64,000 nt of DNA from contig VJWM01000106.1 in assembly GCA_010909165.1 (NCBI GenBank), positions 744,001-808,000 of the forward strand, given 5' to 3'. Numbering within the stretch: the first letter of the stretch is position 1; every line of letters starts with the position of its first letter. The DNA comes from Anthoceros angustus. Taxonomy: Eukaryota; Plantae; Anthocerotophyta. Position numbers and translations under genes: made by a program. The notes beneath the pieces were generated by a model. That model saw only the letters and a list, made by a program, of their open reading frames with translations, did not search any database and had not been told where the DNA came from. Below are positions 36,560 through 49,539 of this stretch, piece after piece.

Positions 36560-37172
36560 CCCAAACCACCCATCTCATGTGGGCTATGTAGTGCTCGCCG
36601 TGCTATTGAAGCTTTGTTCTAGGCTACACACACCAAGTATATCGAGCTCAACAATAGAAGATAGGGGGTAAAGATAGTTTAGCTTAGAAAGTAGGAAGGA
36701 TAACGTTCGTGGATTCATCTAAAGCCAAGATGCTTAGGCAGGGACCTGTCCAAAGTTCTGTCCTTCTAATAATGGATCTCCTCATGAAGATTATGATGAG
36801 CACTTATGGTCATTCTGCAGTAGGGTTCTCAAGACTCGCAAACGGGAAACCAAGAAAAAGAACATCAAGCTATGCTCGACCTTCTTCCATGGAGGAGGAG
36901 AGGCTTGGTTCCAAAAACTTGAAGATGCTATAGCATGAGTTCTGTGACGAAGGAGGAAAGAAGTATGATTTAGAGAAGGGTGATTGGGTGCTTCGTGTGA
37001 ACATGAAAAGATATCTAAAGAGGAGTCTGCTAGTAAATTGAAGCTGCAATGGGAGGGCCCATTCCTAGTCAAAGAAGTGCATAACTCTGGTGCTGTTACC
37101 ATTTTGGTGCCCCCATTGTTTGAACGGATAAAAATATCAGGTGGTTCGCATTTCAAGAGATTTTACTGCTGA
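36560..37172 (+). mobile_element. Ty3/gypsy (Tat/Athila-like) integrase C-terminal relic
   Basis: KYDLEKGDWVL...SKLKLQWEGPFLVKEVHNSGAVTI...HFKRFY (GPY/F-type motif). Confidence 0.7.
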
Positions 37173-38486
37173 TCCGAGTGTGTGACTAGTGATGTGTGTG
37201 TAGAAGCATATGTTATTTTTGCATAAATGCTTGCTAGGTTAGGGTGATGTGCTCCACATGTTGAGTAGTGACATGTTTGGCTTATGGAACATACATCATA
37301 GGTAAGTGTTGAGGCCAATGATACGCTCTCGAGGCATCTGACATAAGATGCCTTGCTGGGCTTTAGGTTTTTGAACTTGATGTTTTAATGTGTGAGTTGT
37401 GTAGTCCTGATTTTCTTCTTATCTAGAGTCATCCAGTATAAGTAAGTGTTCCTGAGGCTTCACTATCAAGGATCTATGTGCATGTTTTTTAAGGATGGGT
37501 TGGTTCCTTGTGGGTTATCTTTGGTAGGAATGGCTGCCCAATAGGATTATATAACTTGTGAGCTAGTGGTTGGATAGAGTTTGCTACCTAATGAAATCTC
37601 TTCCCTCCAAACTTTGGTTGAAAATCAAAACTTGAGGTTTAGAAGACTAGACCAGATGACCAAATCAAGGTTTAACTTCTTGGATGCACAAAGATGGTGT
37701 TGGTCAATACTCCCTCCCCCTTCCCTTCTTCAGCCACCAAAAAGGGATCATCGGCCCCATTTCCGGATCCTTGGTGAGACGGGATCTATTGCACATCTAC
37801 TAATCTAAGGCTGCATAGTAAAGTAGAAAGAGAGGAGAAAAAGGTTAAACCTTGGTAGCCATGGCTAGCTTGGGGAGGTAACGAGTCAAAGAGACCAAGG
37901 TGCTATGTAAGGTGATCACGCAAATAGAGGGCAAGAGGAGTAGAGAGAATGACAATCATCAAAGGTAGAGGCTAAGCATAGGACAGGAAAGGAAGAAAGT
38001 ATGAGCTAGAAGCAGCTGGATAGATGACTCAATAGCTGCTAGGGTTTGTGTCTTATGGCTTCAAAATACCTACTTTGATCAACACAAGATACTTCGTGCT
38101 CAGACCGGCTGACGTGGCTATGAATGTGTCTCTGTTCGTGCTGCATTTTTTGTCTGGATGCCTCATATTAGACGCATGTACTAGAATCGTCGTCCGTTGG
38201 GATACTGACTCAAGGTCGTGCTTAGGTGAAGCATCTGACTGCATCTTGCGTAGCTCTAACTGCACTTTGTGAGACTAAGATCGATGTTTGACACATGTAG
38301 CAAGGAATGACGGTGGCCATGTGAGGACGACGTACGTCTAGGACAAGTGCAGGTTGAATGACAGAAAATGGGTGGTGTATTGTCTGTTTGGCTTCACTTG
38401 GCGGTCTGTTGGGCACAAGATTGCATGTGAATGGCTTCTGGGGATAGCATGCATGTGACGACCTGCAGATGGATATGGTGCTACCT

Positions 38487-38605
38487 GGATGCTCGCTTAA
38501 GCTTGCGGCTGAGACATGGACCTAGTTTTGCGAACGTTGCTACGGATGCTCGCTTAAGCTTGCGGCTGAGACATGGACCTAGTTTTGCGTAACGCGTTGC
38601 TACCA
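38487..38605. repeat. 2 x ~57-bp tandem repeat
   Basis: GGATGCTCGCTTAAGCTTGCGGCTGAGACATGGACCTAGTTTTGCG.. at 38487 and 38544. Confidence 0.9.
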
Positions 38606-39499
38606 CGGATGGATGTGCTTGCTGTTGACTGGATTGCAGGATCGCACTCGAATATTGGGAGTCCGCTGAAGGCAAGGGTCTCTTTTGGACGCAGTTTTTG
38701 ATCGGACGGGTTGGGCGACTGCTGGTTTTGCTGCTTCCTGCTACCATCGCTCATGGATTGCCTGCTGGGAACAATATTAATGACCATCTGGTTTGAGGGT
38801 TTTGCTGTTGCCTACCTGTGCGTGGAGCCATACAAGTGGCGCCTGCAAGTGGTGCTGCAAGCGACCTAATGTTTTTGCTACCACGATGGCTATTTGCTAT
38901 TGATTGCTGGAAATTGGTGTTGAGTGGTGCATAGCACGATGTGTTTCTACGGCTAGTGGATGCTGGATATGCAGGCTGGGTGGATCAAGACGGGGGCTGG
39001 TTTGCTTCCTGATTGATTCAATATAGGCTATCTAAATACATACCAACCGGCTGACGGGGGAAACAGCCAGACACACTGCATGCCTTTACATAATCATTTG
39101 TGTGCATGCTACAAATGTGATATATTATTACCAAGGAGGGCTGGGCATATGCTAGATCTCTCACAAACGGGGGCTGCTTATGGAATAGGAGATCTATGGT
39201 CTGAACTTCTGAAAATCCTTCCATGGGATTCTGGACTTTAAAATTTATCGCTGAATATCAGCTTTGCTTGAAATGACCTGGCTATATCAAGCAGCTTGCA
39301 TTTATGCGATGTAGTCTAGGAAATCTATCCACATGCCTTGCAGAGGCCTCCAAGTGGAAGAGAGGTCTTAAACTGACTGGCATATTATGACCGTCACAAT
39401 TTCTAGTGTACCACAGAGACGTTTGATAGATATATGAAAGTACTTATAGAATCATCTAAATGTAGTATTTTCAACTAGACAAAAGGAGGCTTAGTCGAA

Positions 39500-39831
39500 T
39501 CCGAGGCTCCATAAGTAAGATGTGGAGTAGAGTCCTTGGGAATTAATGGAGAGATCTTCAACAACAAACAACTAAACTTCAGGCTTGGTTAGTGCACCTG
39601 CACTTCACCGACAAGAGCTACGAGATCATAAGCTTGTGTAAGGTGGTTGCCCCCTTTCTAGCAATTTTGAAAAAAGATGTTTCTTGGTTTAGATGGACAA
39701 AGACTTGTGAAGGATCTTGGGAAGTGTTGAGGAATTTTCAGGTTTCTAAAGTTGTTTGCAAGGAAATTGTGACCACTGTGAACAGAGCACTATCCGATGG
39801 TGAAAACCCCATTTTTTATGTTGTACATTAA
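39500..39831 (+). mobile_element. Highly degenerate Ty3/gypsy RT-RNase H connection fragment
   Basis: CKVVAPFLAILKKDVSWFRWTKTCEGSWEVLR resembles the SKIAxPLTxLLKKDxxFxWTxxCQxAFExLK consensus. Confidence 0.5.
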
Positions 39832-40855
39832 TGGGGGTGAGATCGAGGTCCCAATAATGCACGAACCTCATTCATAGAGTTCCCAGTTAGGGAGGGCCGA
39901 TTGTACTTGCAAGGTGAAGGACCAAGCTAACCACTAACAGTATAATCTAGAGATTAAGGGCAACTTAGAAACTAACCTTTACTTATCTATAATTATCTTC
40001 AGTTCATGTTACATAGCTCCAAAGTTACAATTTAATGGTTAGATCGGTTCATTTTAAAAAGGAGATCAGAAATAAAATAAAAAAAGGAAAGAATTGTAGG
40101 TGTACAAGTAGGTCTGTATACATAATTTAATTAAATTATCCAATTTTGTTAAAACTTTGATGAGAAACGTCCAGTCATTAAATGAGCATGATAAGACTAA
40201 AACGACCATAGCTAGCAGCCATAGGCTTGGGAGCCAAGGATTGCGCACTTGTCTAGGAGAACAGGCTTTCATTCAACAATGCCTAGGAACCTTAACCGTT
40301 CTACGAAACCATTCGGAATCAATAGCATCGAATATATCACAATATATCAGAATCTCCTCCTGCATTTCTTTTCCTGGAGGTACAACTAATAAAGAAATTC
40401 GCGAGTGCGGAAATTGGTCACATGCATATATCCACACGAACTCACGAACTAGCAATAGAGCCAGTTAAACATCGCTTCAGTGTCACTGACGGTCCTTGGT
40501 CGCTTCAGTGAACTGATAGAGCCAATTAAACATCGCTTTGATGGCCCCGGACTCGCCAGACACTAACTCGCGAATCCCTTCCATGTAAAAATTGCTTCTC
40601 GGATCGTACATGTCCCGGTACAGCGCCGTGATACCGAGACACCCTACCAGGAGAAAGACGTGACCCACCATCCGTAAGATGTTGAACCATCTTCAATTCG
40701 GCATGGAGATCAACCTGGCTACCCCAAAACTACACCCACCAGCGAGAGAACAAACAATCTCTGCAGTCCGCCAGACTATCAGGAGCTGAGAGTCCTCTTG
40801 GAGTGAAGAGATTTACATTCGGGAGTCTTCTGCGAGAATCGGCTCAGAGGATTGC

Positions 40856-42659
40856 CTACACTTCCCGGACGGCGGTTATCTCACAGGGAGAGTGATTCTC
40901 GCCCACTCGCTTGTCACCAAGCTTCGGCTCGTCGTTGGTTTGCATCAGGTTGATTCTTCGGAGCATCCGAGTGTCCGAGTCTGGGGAGTTGGAGTCGGAG
41001 CCTGTCTCTGGCTCGGGTACAAGTGCCTCCAGTACCAGCACTTCCCACTTTCCAGCTCCTAGGACATTGTACACCAGCGTGCTCCTGCCCCCTGCCGTGG
41101 TTTTCACAGAACGCAAACTGAGACAACTTTTTTTTTTCTCACCGGACAACGGCAGGGAAGAAGACGGGCAACATAACTTACCTCCCAACCGCACAGCCTT
41201 CAGATGCAGCCTGCCACTGCCTTGTGTGCCAGAGATGGGAAAGCTGCAGGATGCTGAATGCCTGTCTGGGGCCACCCCTAGGGAGGCCCTGTACCATGAG
41301 CCGCTTTGGATGGAATCTCCTAAGGCTTCTTGCATCCGGGGATCCAAAGCAGCCTTCTCCATTGCCTTACTGGATCACACCACACAAGCTTGTCAAACCC
41401 GCTTGAAAAACGGTCAGACAGACACCAGCACAGCAGAAAACTACAGCAGCACTTCCTACCTGCTGCACCGTTGGTATATGAGCACGTCGTCCAGAGCACT
41501 GGCAGCAACGCCGCACGTGGCTGCCATCAACACGAGCGCGCCTGCCCGCCTCCCATACCTGTGGAAGACGCCACCCTCTTCCGCCTCACCCGACCTGCAT
41601 AGCACGCCCTGCACAATGTGTTGAGTCATGCGAGAGCTCAGACCTTCCATCAGCTCGCTCCCGACGCCCTATCCCCAGCCCTAGGACGCAGGCTTGGATC
41701 GCACACACCTTGCACCACATTCCTAAAGCCCACAGCGAACATCATGCTCACAGCCAAACACCAGCGAAGGATGCACTTTGCAGCAAACAGGATGATCCAG
41801 AGGGCCGTCCTCACCTGACAGACAAGCTACGAGAGCAGGGGGGCACCCGACCTGTCGCTTCTAGCTCCCGACCTGGGACTCTCAACCTCGCCAACACACC
41901 AGAGGCCCATGGCGCATGCGCTTTGCAGATTCTCATCGTGCCAATGTACAATCTCCACAGTTACACATCCCCTTCGCCAGCGAACATCATATTTCCTTTT
42001 CCACTCGAGTAAGGGTGTCGAGGAGACCTTTTAGGTTTCATCTTTGCCATCACGGCATCAGGCCCTGGTCATTGCACAAGCTTGGCTGCATTGCCTCACT
42101 ACCGATCTCTGCCTGGATTGGCTTGCCTAGAGCGTCAACACGCACTTCAGTAGCAGCCCGAGTGTGGGGTCAGTTGACATGTTCAGGTCTTCTGTTTCCT
42201 TCACTGAACAATTGAAACATGAACCGAAGTTAGAAATTTGTATGATTCAGTGCAGCTCTGATGTTCTGAATCAACCCTCTTCCTCACCACATCCTGCGTT
42301 GCAAATCTACAGCTCAGCAGTAAAGAGGATCCCGCAATTTTTCCTATGAACTCCGCTCTCCAAGGTCTTTGCAAATGCTTAACTATGTCTGTCACCAGTT
42401 GGAAACACTCTTTGCGTCTTCTCGTGTGAAACCGGAGTCCCACGGACTGGACAGATGGCACCAGGCGACAGCTCTGTGTCCCTCGCCACTTGTCAAAGTT
42501 GCATGGAGGCTTTATGCTCCTACTCTTACCTTCTTTCGTTCTGCGTGGCTGAAGACTCTGACTGTCTGACTGTCTGTGCGTCGAGATGGCTGAGGCAAGA
42601 AGATTGGTGAAGGTTCTCAGCCCTGCGTGCCGGAGGCTGCAACTGGAGGGGAGGAGCAT
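40856..42659 (-). CDS. Mitochondrial COA1-domain protein (cytochrome c oxidase assembly factor 1-like); 4 exons inferred
   Basis: GALVLMAATCGVAASALDDVLIYQRCS|SKAMEKAALDPRMQEALGDSIQSGSWYRASLGVAPDRHSASCSFPISGTQGSGRLHLKAVRLG|GRS..KWEVLVLEAL. Splice sites at 41460/41369 and 41182/41091 fit the frame. The presequence-like exon 1 carries an extra ACAG relative to the other copy. Confidence 0.8.
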
Positions 42660-42976
42660 TCACGGGCGCTGGCTTGGGACGGAAGCCGAAGCAAAGTACG
42701 ATTCGACTGGCGAGCGAGTAAATTCTGACGCCAAAAGCTCTTCCCAGCAGGCGAATCAAGACAGCCGGGATGATAAGCCGCGAGGAGGGTATGGAGCGGT
42801 GCAAGGGAACCCGCAGGAGGTGGCACAGGAGTCTCATCAGACATGGGCGAAGCAGGAGGAAGATCGCGGCGAAAGCTTAGAGGAAACCGGTTTCGACATC
42901 TCCAAGAGGACCAAGCCTTCAGGGGATGAATGAGCCTTACACAAATTGCTATTGTTCTTCCAGCTTGTTCCGGCTT

Positions 42977-43085
42977 CACATCGCTGAGGTCGCACTTGCA
43001 TTTGGAGAAGAAACGGCAAAGGTCGAGGTTGCATATCGCTGAGGTAGCAGTTGCTTTTGGAGAAGACACGGCAATGGTCGAAGCT
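42977..43085. repeat. 2 x 55-bp imperfect tandem repeat
   Basis: CACATCGCTGAGGTCGCACTTGCATTTGGAGAAGAAACGGCAAAGGTCGA at 42977 and CATATCGCTGAGGTAGCAGTTGCTTTTGGAGAAGACACGGCAATGGTCGA at 43032. Confidence 0.8.
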
Positions 43086-43384
43086 CCCATGTATACATTC
43101 ACAGCCGAAGCTATTTAAGTAAAAATTTGCGCGTTTTCCGGTTCCTGTGAGGCACCGCTTGTGTTTTCCAGTCCCCCACGGGAACTGGCTGTGTATTTAT
43201 GAATGATTATCCTCGAGCAAAATTGTCTGTACAAGGGCTTGCTGCTGCTCCTAACTGCCTGGTTCGATGCAAGGTTACAGGGACGGTGCCCGTCTCCTGT
43301 TCTGCCTTCCACGAAGCAGCAATTCTAACCGACAGCAGTGCACCTTTACCTTGCTGCTACTCCTTTACCTTGCTGCAAGTCAAG

Positions 43385-45821
43385 TTAGTGGCTTACAGCA
43401 AACGCCGTTAGAAGTAACCCGAAGACGAAGAAGGGTTGAGCGCTTGCCTGCAAGACAAGGTCATAGCATCAGACAGATGAAGAGATCGACTACCGGTTCT
43501 ACAAAGTTCAATGAAGCCTCGTACCTGGTACTTCACGTCATACTTCACAGGGTCCTTGAGGAGGTATTGGAACTGGCAGGGCGAAAACGGAATATTAGTT
43601 CGCACGTGAAGCACAGAGTTACCTCGTTGATGACAGGTGGGTAGGAGAAGCTACCTGAAAGAAGACTTGCGGAGCAAGCAATGCCAACAACCCCAGGCCG
43701 AAATATAGCTTGCCTTGTGAGAGGATCCAAACTGCCAGAGGACTGTCAGCTACACACTTGACTACAGAAATCGAGCAACTTCAGGAAGCGGAGAAAGTGG
43801 AGTCGTTTCAAACTGAAAATCGACAAAAGAGTAGCTTACGTGCAACGCCAAGCTGAGTGAGATCTATGGACCCCGCACAGATCCATTTTGCAGTTTCGGC
43901 GCCGAATGCAACGGGCAATGACTGGACCAGAAACATAATTTGGTTACCTTAAACAACTTTCGTCAGTTGCGTAACGTTGTCCACGGAATGTACGAATGAG
44001 TTTTTTACCTGCAGGCCCATAGCACGATCGCCCTCAATACTCTTAAAATCATTTACGATTGCTATGCCAAGCTGCACACGGGAAAATCGTATGATATTAG
44101 CCCTCGATGATTGTTGCAATCACAACTGCTCATTCAAAATGAACGATGGAAGTGGTGGTGATCAAGTACCCCAGCCGTGCTATACAACAAGGTCAAAACC
44201 ACAACCTCCGGAGTAAGAGTTCCAAACAAGGCCTGACCAGCCCACCTGCTCAATGACAAATGGACCAAAGTGAGAAATGTTACCTCATCGGTGCACAAAG
44301 AAACAGCCGTTTCCACACATGCATTCACGCCAAGCAACCTCTGAAAGTCTTCAGAGAGTAGTTACTGCACACTAAGGTTGGAATTTCTAGGAAAGATTCT
44401 ACATGAACATGTGGCACAAAGACACACCATGGCAGCGAGATGTAACTTGAGCCGAGAGCATAATTTCCAATCCACCCGCTCTGCTTCAACTGTTGAAAGT
44501 TCATTCACCACCAGTATCATTCATAAGATAATGAGCAAGTAGAACCTGCTGATAAAAGGGATCACAGAGATGCCATTCTCCACCACAGAAGCCTTGGAAG
44601 TCTAATTGTGGAATGTCCTTTCTACAGTATGTACATTGTTGAGGAAATCACCATACATACAGACTTTACCTTGAGAGGCGGCGCTGAATATATATATGAC
44701 AAAAAGGAACCACCCAGAGATAGGCAGAGGATAGTGGGAAATTCATGCCCCGCCTGCACCAAGCAAAACATTAAAGATACTCAACAACCTCTAAACACGC
44801 CTGAAAGCATAAACAAGATGGCAGTGTTGTGGAGAAAGTAAAGCTCACCCAGACATCAAGCCCGTAAGCTACTCCCAAGCCACCAAGCAGAAGCACCCAA
44901 ATTTGTGCAATAACCTGTTAACAGTCACAAAATTCAGACACCGCTGCCATCCCTCTTCTGCTGCCTGATGGACCTCAAGCAGTCTAGAGCTAGAACAAAC
45001 CTCAGTCTCAGATATTGCTCCAGAAGGAATTGGCCGGTAGGGCTCGTTGATGGCATCAATCTCACGGTCGTACCAGTCATTTATTGTCTGAATCAAGGAG
45101 TTACTTGAGTCAGGACAAATATCTGGTGCCACTTCAGTCTCACAGAAGGGGTCAGTCGATGTCCACCACATTGTATGACTACTGTAGCAGAGAAGCAACC
45201 CATAAACGAGGCACGCATGCTAGTAACCTGGGTATATCCCGTAAGCAGAGGTCCTGACATCAGCATGCAAGTCAGAGACTTGGCAACGTCTTCAGGGGTC
45301 CACTCGAAGTTCCCTGAAATCGGGAACGCTCAGTAAACCGAAAATAACACCAGGGGCGCAAAATGTACGCGATCATATCCCTTACCAGACGCAGCGGCAC
45401 CACACAGGACTCCCCATATGAGCGGAGCCCATGTCACGGGCTTAGTGAGCTGCAGCCTAATTTTCCATATATCCTGTACACGGAAAGGCTTCAGCTGCTT
45501 CAAGCACCCCGGTGGCAAAGCCAATGTGAGAACGGCACAATTTTACCGTCACAATACCGTCGTCTGTGATGCACCCTTCATTCCAAGCAGCTGATTCATT
45601 GCTGATTTTTCATCTTTCTCCGTAGCATCTTTGGACGGGGCACTCTCTGGAGCCGCTGCCTTTACAGCCACACCCCATTGTCGACGCTGCCTCTGCTTCC
45701 GACACGGCGAGAAGCTCACATCTACCCGCCTGCTGCACAGCAGACTGCAAGACGAGGGCACGCGAGTGTGGCAAGGGAGAGAGACCGGCAAGGAGGCAGA
45801 CACCAGCACTGCATTTGCCAT
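43385..45821 (-). CDS. CHLG: Chlorophyll synthase (UbiA prenyltransferase family), 13 exons, plastid transit peptide
   Basis: WKIRLQLTKPVTWAPLIWGVLCGAAASG, TGYTQTINDWYDREIDAINEPYRPIPSGAIS, WAGQALFGTLTPEVVVLTLLYS, NDFKSIEGDRAMGLQSLPVAFG, KDPVKYDVKYQASAQPF; GT/AG junctions traced; TAA ends at 43385. Confidence 0.97.
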
Positions 45822-45919
45822 GGCTTGGGCCTCTTGGCAGGCAGAGTCGACAGATTCAAACGATGGAAGGAAGCTTGGAAAAGGAAAATTACTTCCCAGC
45901 ACCTTCAGTTTTGGAACAG

Positions 45920-45934
45920 GGGTTTAGGGTTTAG
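45920..45934 (-). promoter_or_regulatory. Telo-box (CTAAACCCTAAACCC) ~100 bp upstream of the CHLG ATG
   Basis: GGGTTTAGGGTTTAG on the plus strand; telo-boxes are known plant promoter/5'UTR elements. Confidence 0.5.
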
Positions 45935-46483
45935 AGCTGTTCAGTTAAAGGCGTTTATTACTCGGAACACCGACAGCCGGAAAACATTTCAGTAGCTCGA
46001 AGCAGTGTAGCAGACTGAGGAAATCCACTCGCGCAGACGAGCAGAAGGGAGGCCAAAATAGCGTTAGACCGCATCAAACCTCATACAGACACTGAAAAGC
46101 CTGGACAAATCGCCAAGAGCTATTATTAGCTCAGTCAAGTGATCTCCTACATGTAGCTAACTACCTAGCTAAAACGGGACAAAATGTACACATGCATTAT
46201 GCTTCTAATAGGCAGGAGAGTTTTCTGTCCGCCAAAACTAGAAACATGGGACCATACACATGTTACGTGATGCTTGCTCCACAAGCTAGAGAGCACGCAC
46301 ACAAGAAGAGGACGCGATGCCGCAGCAGCTTTGAGAATGACGCCATCTTCTCGTCGAAGACAGCCCGGTATAAATACACCCGAGGTGCTGCTGTGCTGTG
46401 GCCCATAATCGAACTTCTCATCAGGTAACAAACACAGGTGGGCCAAGTAAATAAGACAACACAGGAATACAGGAACGTTAGCA

Positions 46484-49400
46484 CTAGCGGCGCGTCCGCG
46501 GCTTACAGCGGAATTCCGCCAGCAATGCTATGTGGTCCGAGGACCACTCTGGAGATGGCAGGGCAGTGTCCTTCCGCAAACTCTCCTCGTCCAGCAGCTC
46601 CAAAACGGAATCCACGGCCAAGGAATCCGCTGCATCACATAACACGCCAAATTTACTTGATTGATTTCATTCTCACAGAAAAGCCAGGCAGGTTATTAGG
46701 GAAGGGAGTGTAGTTTGAGCAAGCCGCCTACCAGTGTAAAAGATGTAGTCGAGGGTCCCCAAAAAGTCTCTGGTACAATTCGTGAAGAGAGGCTCATTAC
46801 TTAATGGCTCCATTCGCCGACGCTGACGCTCTAGTGCAGGAGTCGAACTTCCAAGCCTACAAAGACCTGAATACGCACTAACCTGGAGACAGAATGCGAC
46901 GAGAATGGTATTACAAAACTGCAAACCTCTACTGCGACTCTGCAGACGACCACAGCTTCAACAGGCTTACCAGAGGCAGCGAGTGGCAGAGCTTGCTCGA
47001 AGGACGGAGGATACCAAGCGGATCAGTCTGCAGTTCCGGATGGGTGGGATCTACCCTTCCTGACTTCAGAAGTGAATGTGGAGCACTGCCACCCACAATT
47101 GCAAACCATTCTTGATCAATAGACACGTCCACGCCGAGAGAGTTCTTTGAATCAATAGATGAGTTTCCAACGGCAAATATCAAGTCGCAATGACCACTGA
47201 AGACCAACCTTCCGGGAATCGAGTTGAAGTCACCGGCTACGAGCATCGGTATATCAGCACTCGCTGCGATCTTCTCCAGTCCCTTCAATAGGGTGTGGAC
47301 CTATAATTCATGAGCCCGCAAGGTTTCGAGTTATTCATCAGATGTCACCTGACGAGGTTCACGTCAACAACAGATTACAACACCAAAATGATACCTGCCA
47401 AATCTTCACGTCTTTCAACTCAGGATTCGCATGAATGTGTGTGTTAGCCTGAAAAGAGAGAATTCAACCGTTCGTCTTTAGAAGCTGGACGTCTCTATGC
47501 TGCCTCAGACCTCTTACTAAATCTTTAAGATGAAAACTCTTGAATCGTGCAAGACATATGTAAAAACTCACGAGTCTGTGAACATCACTAAAGCACTGGT
47601 ACTCTTCACCCTGAAGCTAATGATTCGGAGTTATGTCTTACAGCCGTAAACGACTCACCACACAAAGCAGCTGCCTTTTCCCTCCCAAGGAAGGGGAATC
47701 CAGTCCATGCACCGCTTCTTTAGCCTCCAACACCACGATAAGAGCAACATTATCCTGGACACCAAGCGGCACCTAAGTCAGTCTGACCCAACTGTGGGTT
47801 TAGGATTGATCCACGACCATCGACAATGAAATGTTTTCATTTTCTTAAATACACCTAACTAACCTTGAGCAATCGACTAAGAGCTGCCTTCTTGGATGCA
47901 CTGGGCACAAGTGCATCTGACAGCGACTGTGCAGCCTTGTTGAATTCCACCTGCATCACCACAGAAACCGGGTTACCCGACTGCTCACAACATGAATGGA
48001 ATCAAACAACCTTGTCCCAAATGAAAGACATCAGAGTACTACCTCTGCCCTTTTAGAATCACCAAAGAGTACCTCATATTTCTTTACAAGCTGAAACCGA
48101 TCACGTTTGTAGAAAGTGGCACAACCATCAATGATGTAGGAAGAGCCTACAAAAACCTGGAGGCCAGCATAATGAGCTCATTAGTCCAATAAGAGGAGTC
48201 CTCACACGCACGTTGGCTTTGATAAGATACTCATACAGAATCAAGGTATTCCAAGATACCTCTGAAGTCTTCTTCTTGTACACAGCATTGTAACCATGCT
48301 TGTCCAACTCTGGGCAAAAAAAGTCTTGGAAGTGATTACTCTGGACCTGCACCAACAAGAGAACAGAAAGACTTAGCTCAAAGACTGGTCTGCAACCACA
48401 GGGATTCACACCAACCATCGTAGACACTGCAAGCACACTTCTTACCTCCTGAAGGCACAAAATATCAGCTCGGTAACCAATTATCTCCCGCAGCAGATTC
48501 TGCCTGCGATATGCCCAAGAAAGAGCCCATGGAGGACAGTAACTGTACATCTCACTGGTGGCATAGATATCGGACAAAACATTGTAAGATAGAACTGTAA
48601 AGGTCCCGGGTAGTCCACCCCGTGGCTCCACGTCAGCTCCTACTGCAGTACCATCTGCTCCTGGATTGACATAAACCATGCGCCGTGGGGTAGGAGACGG
48701 AGCCGGGATAACCCGAGCAGTGAGTACGGCGTGGGCAGGAGCAGGTGCTATTCCAGTCAGTTTGTCCACGGCTGCGCACTCCAATTTAAGAACATAGCCG
48801 ACATCCTCAGCTGTGGGTGTATATGTTTTACCCTGCCCCACCTCAAACCACGTTTCCCCATTGCCACCCTGTTCAGAGGCAAAGCGAGAGCCATTACTAA
48901 GCACAATAGGAGGTGGTCCAGTGGTGATGCTGCCACCCGTGCTGTTGAACCTGCCATAGGGGTTATCCTCCTCCTCCCCGTTCTCCCGTGCTGCGGTGGC
49001 AGCACGTTCGTGCATAGTCCGGTGATGCCTCCATGCATCCGCGAAGCATTTAGTGCTGCAGTGGTAACTTTTGCTCACTGCCAGCTTCAACTTGACACAC
49101 GACAAACATTGCACCGTCGCTTGCTCTGCAGGATGCACACTGCACACCGCCCCCCTTTTGTCGCTCTGTATCCTGTACCTGCACAGGTTAGACCCGCAAC
49201 ATCCGTCCCGTCAGAACGTCCCTTACCACACCCCACTAGGGTACGAGTTTGAGGCTACAATTTCCTAGGAGGCAGCAGCAGCAGCAGCAGCAGCTAGGTC
49301 GGAGCGCGGAAAAGGCGCTCGACAGACGGGCCGACAGACAAGGGGAGCGCTAATCTCGAAACAAGGGGGCCAAAAACGCACCATCGACAACGCAGGTAGT

Positions 49401-49539
49401 GACCATCGACGGGAGCGGACTCGGAAATGTCATCGGTTGTGACAGTACCGTCCGATTTGCGCAGTAGCACATAGGGAGTGAGCTCGCAACCGGCAATGGG
49501 AATGTCGGATGGCAAATGCACCCGAAGCACGCTCAGCAT
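46484..49539 (-). CDS. CCR4: Carbon catabolite repressor 4 homolog (plant CCR4a/b-type poly(A) deadenylase, EEP fold), multi-exon
   Basis: MLSVLRVHLPSDIPIAGCELTPYVLLR, CSVHPAEQATVQCLSC..SYHCSTKCF, TFTVLSYNVLSDIYA..ADILCLQEV, LVAGDFNSIPG, GTLDYIFYT, PSPEWSSDHIALLAEFRCKPRTRR*. Confidence 0.97.
49271..49295. repeat. (CAG)n microsatellite in CCR4 intron 1
   Basis: GGCAGCAGCAGCAGCAGCAGCAGCT read directly. Confidence 0.8.

Noticed and set aside
35240-39840. Short inverted match (CCCATTAA / TTAATGGG) as possible TIRs around the gypsy relics
   Set aside because: Only ~8 bp with no TSD; this is expected by chance.
42586-42933. Plus-strand ORF MAEARRLVKVLSPACRRLQLEGRSIHGRW.. that looks like a mitochondrial presequence protein (truncated twin at 34502-34759)
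   Set aside because: It overlaps COA1 exon 1 antisense, has no recognisable domain, and differences between the two copies are mostly non-synonymous. It is not excluded without RNA data.
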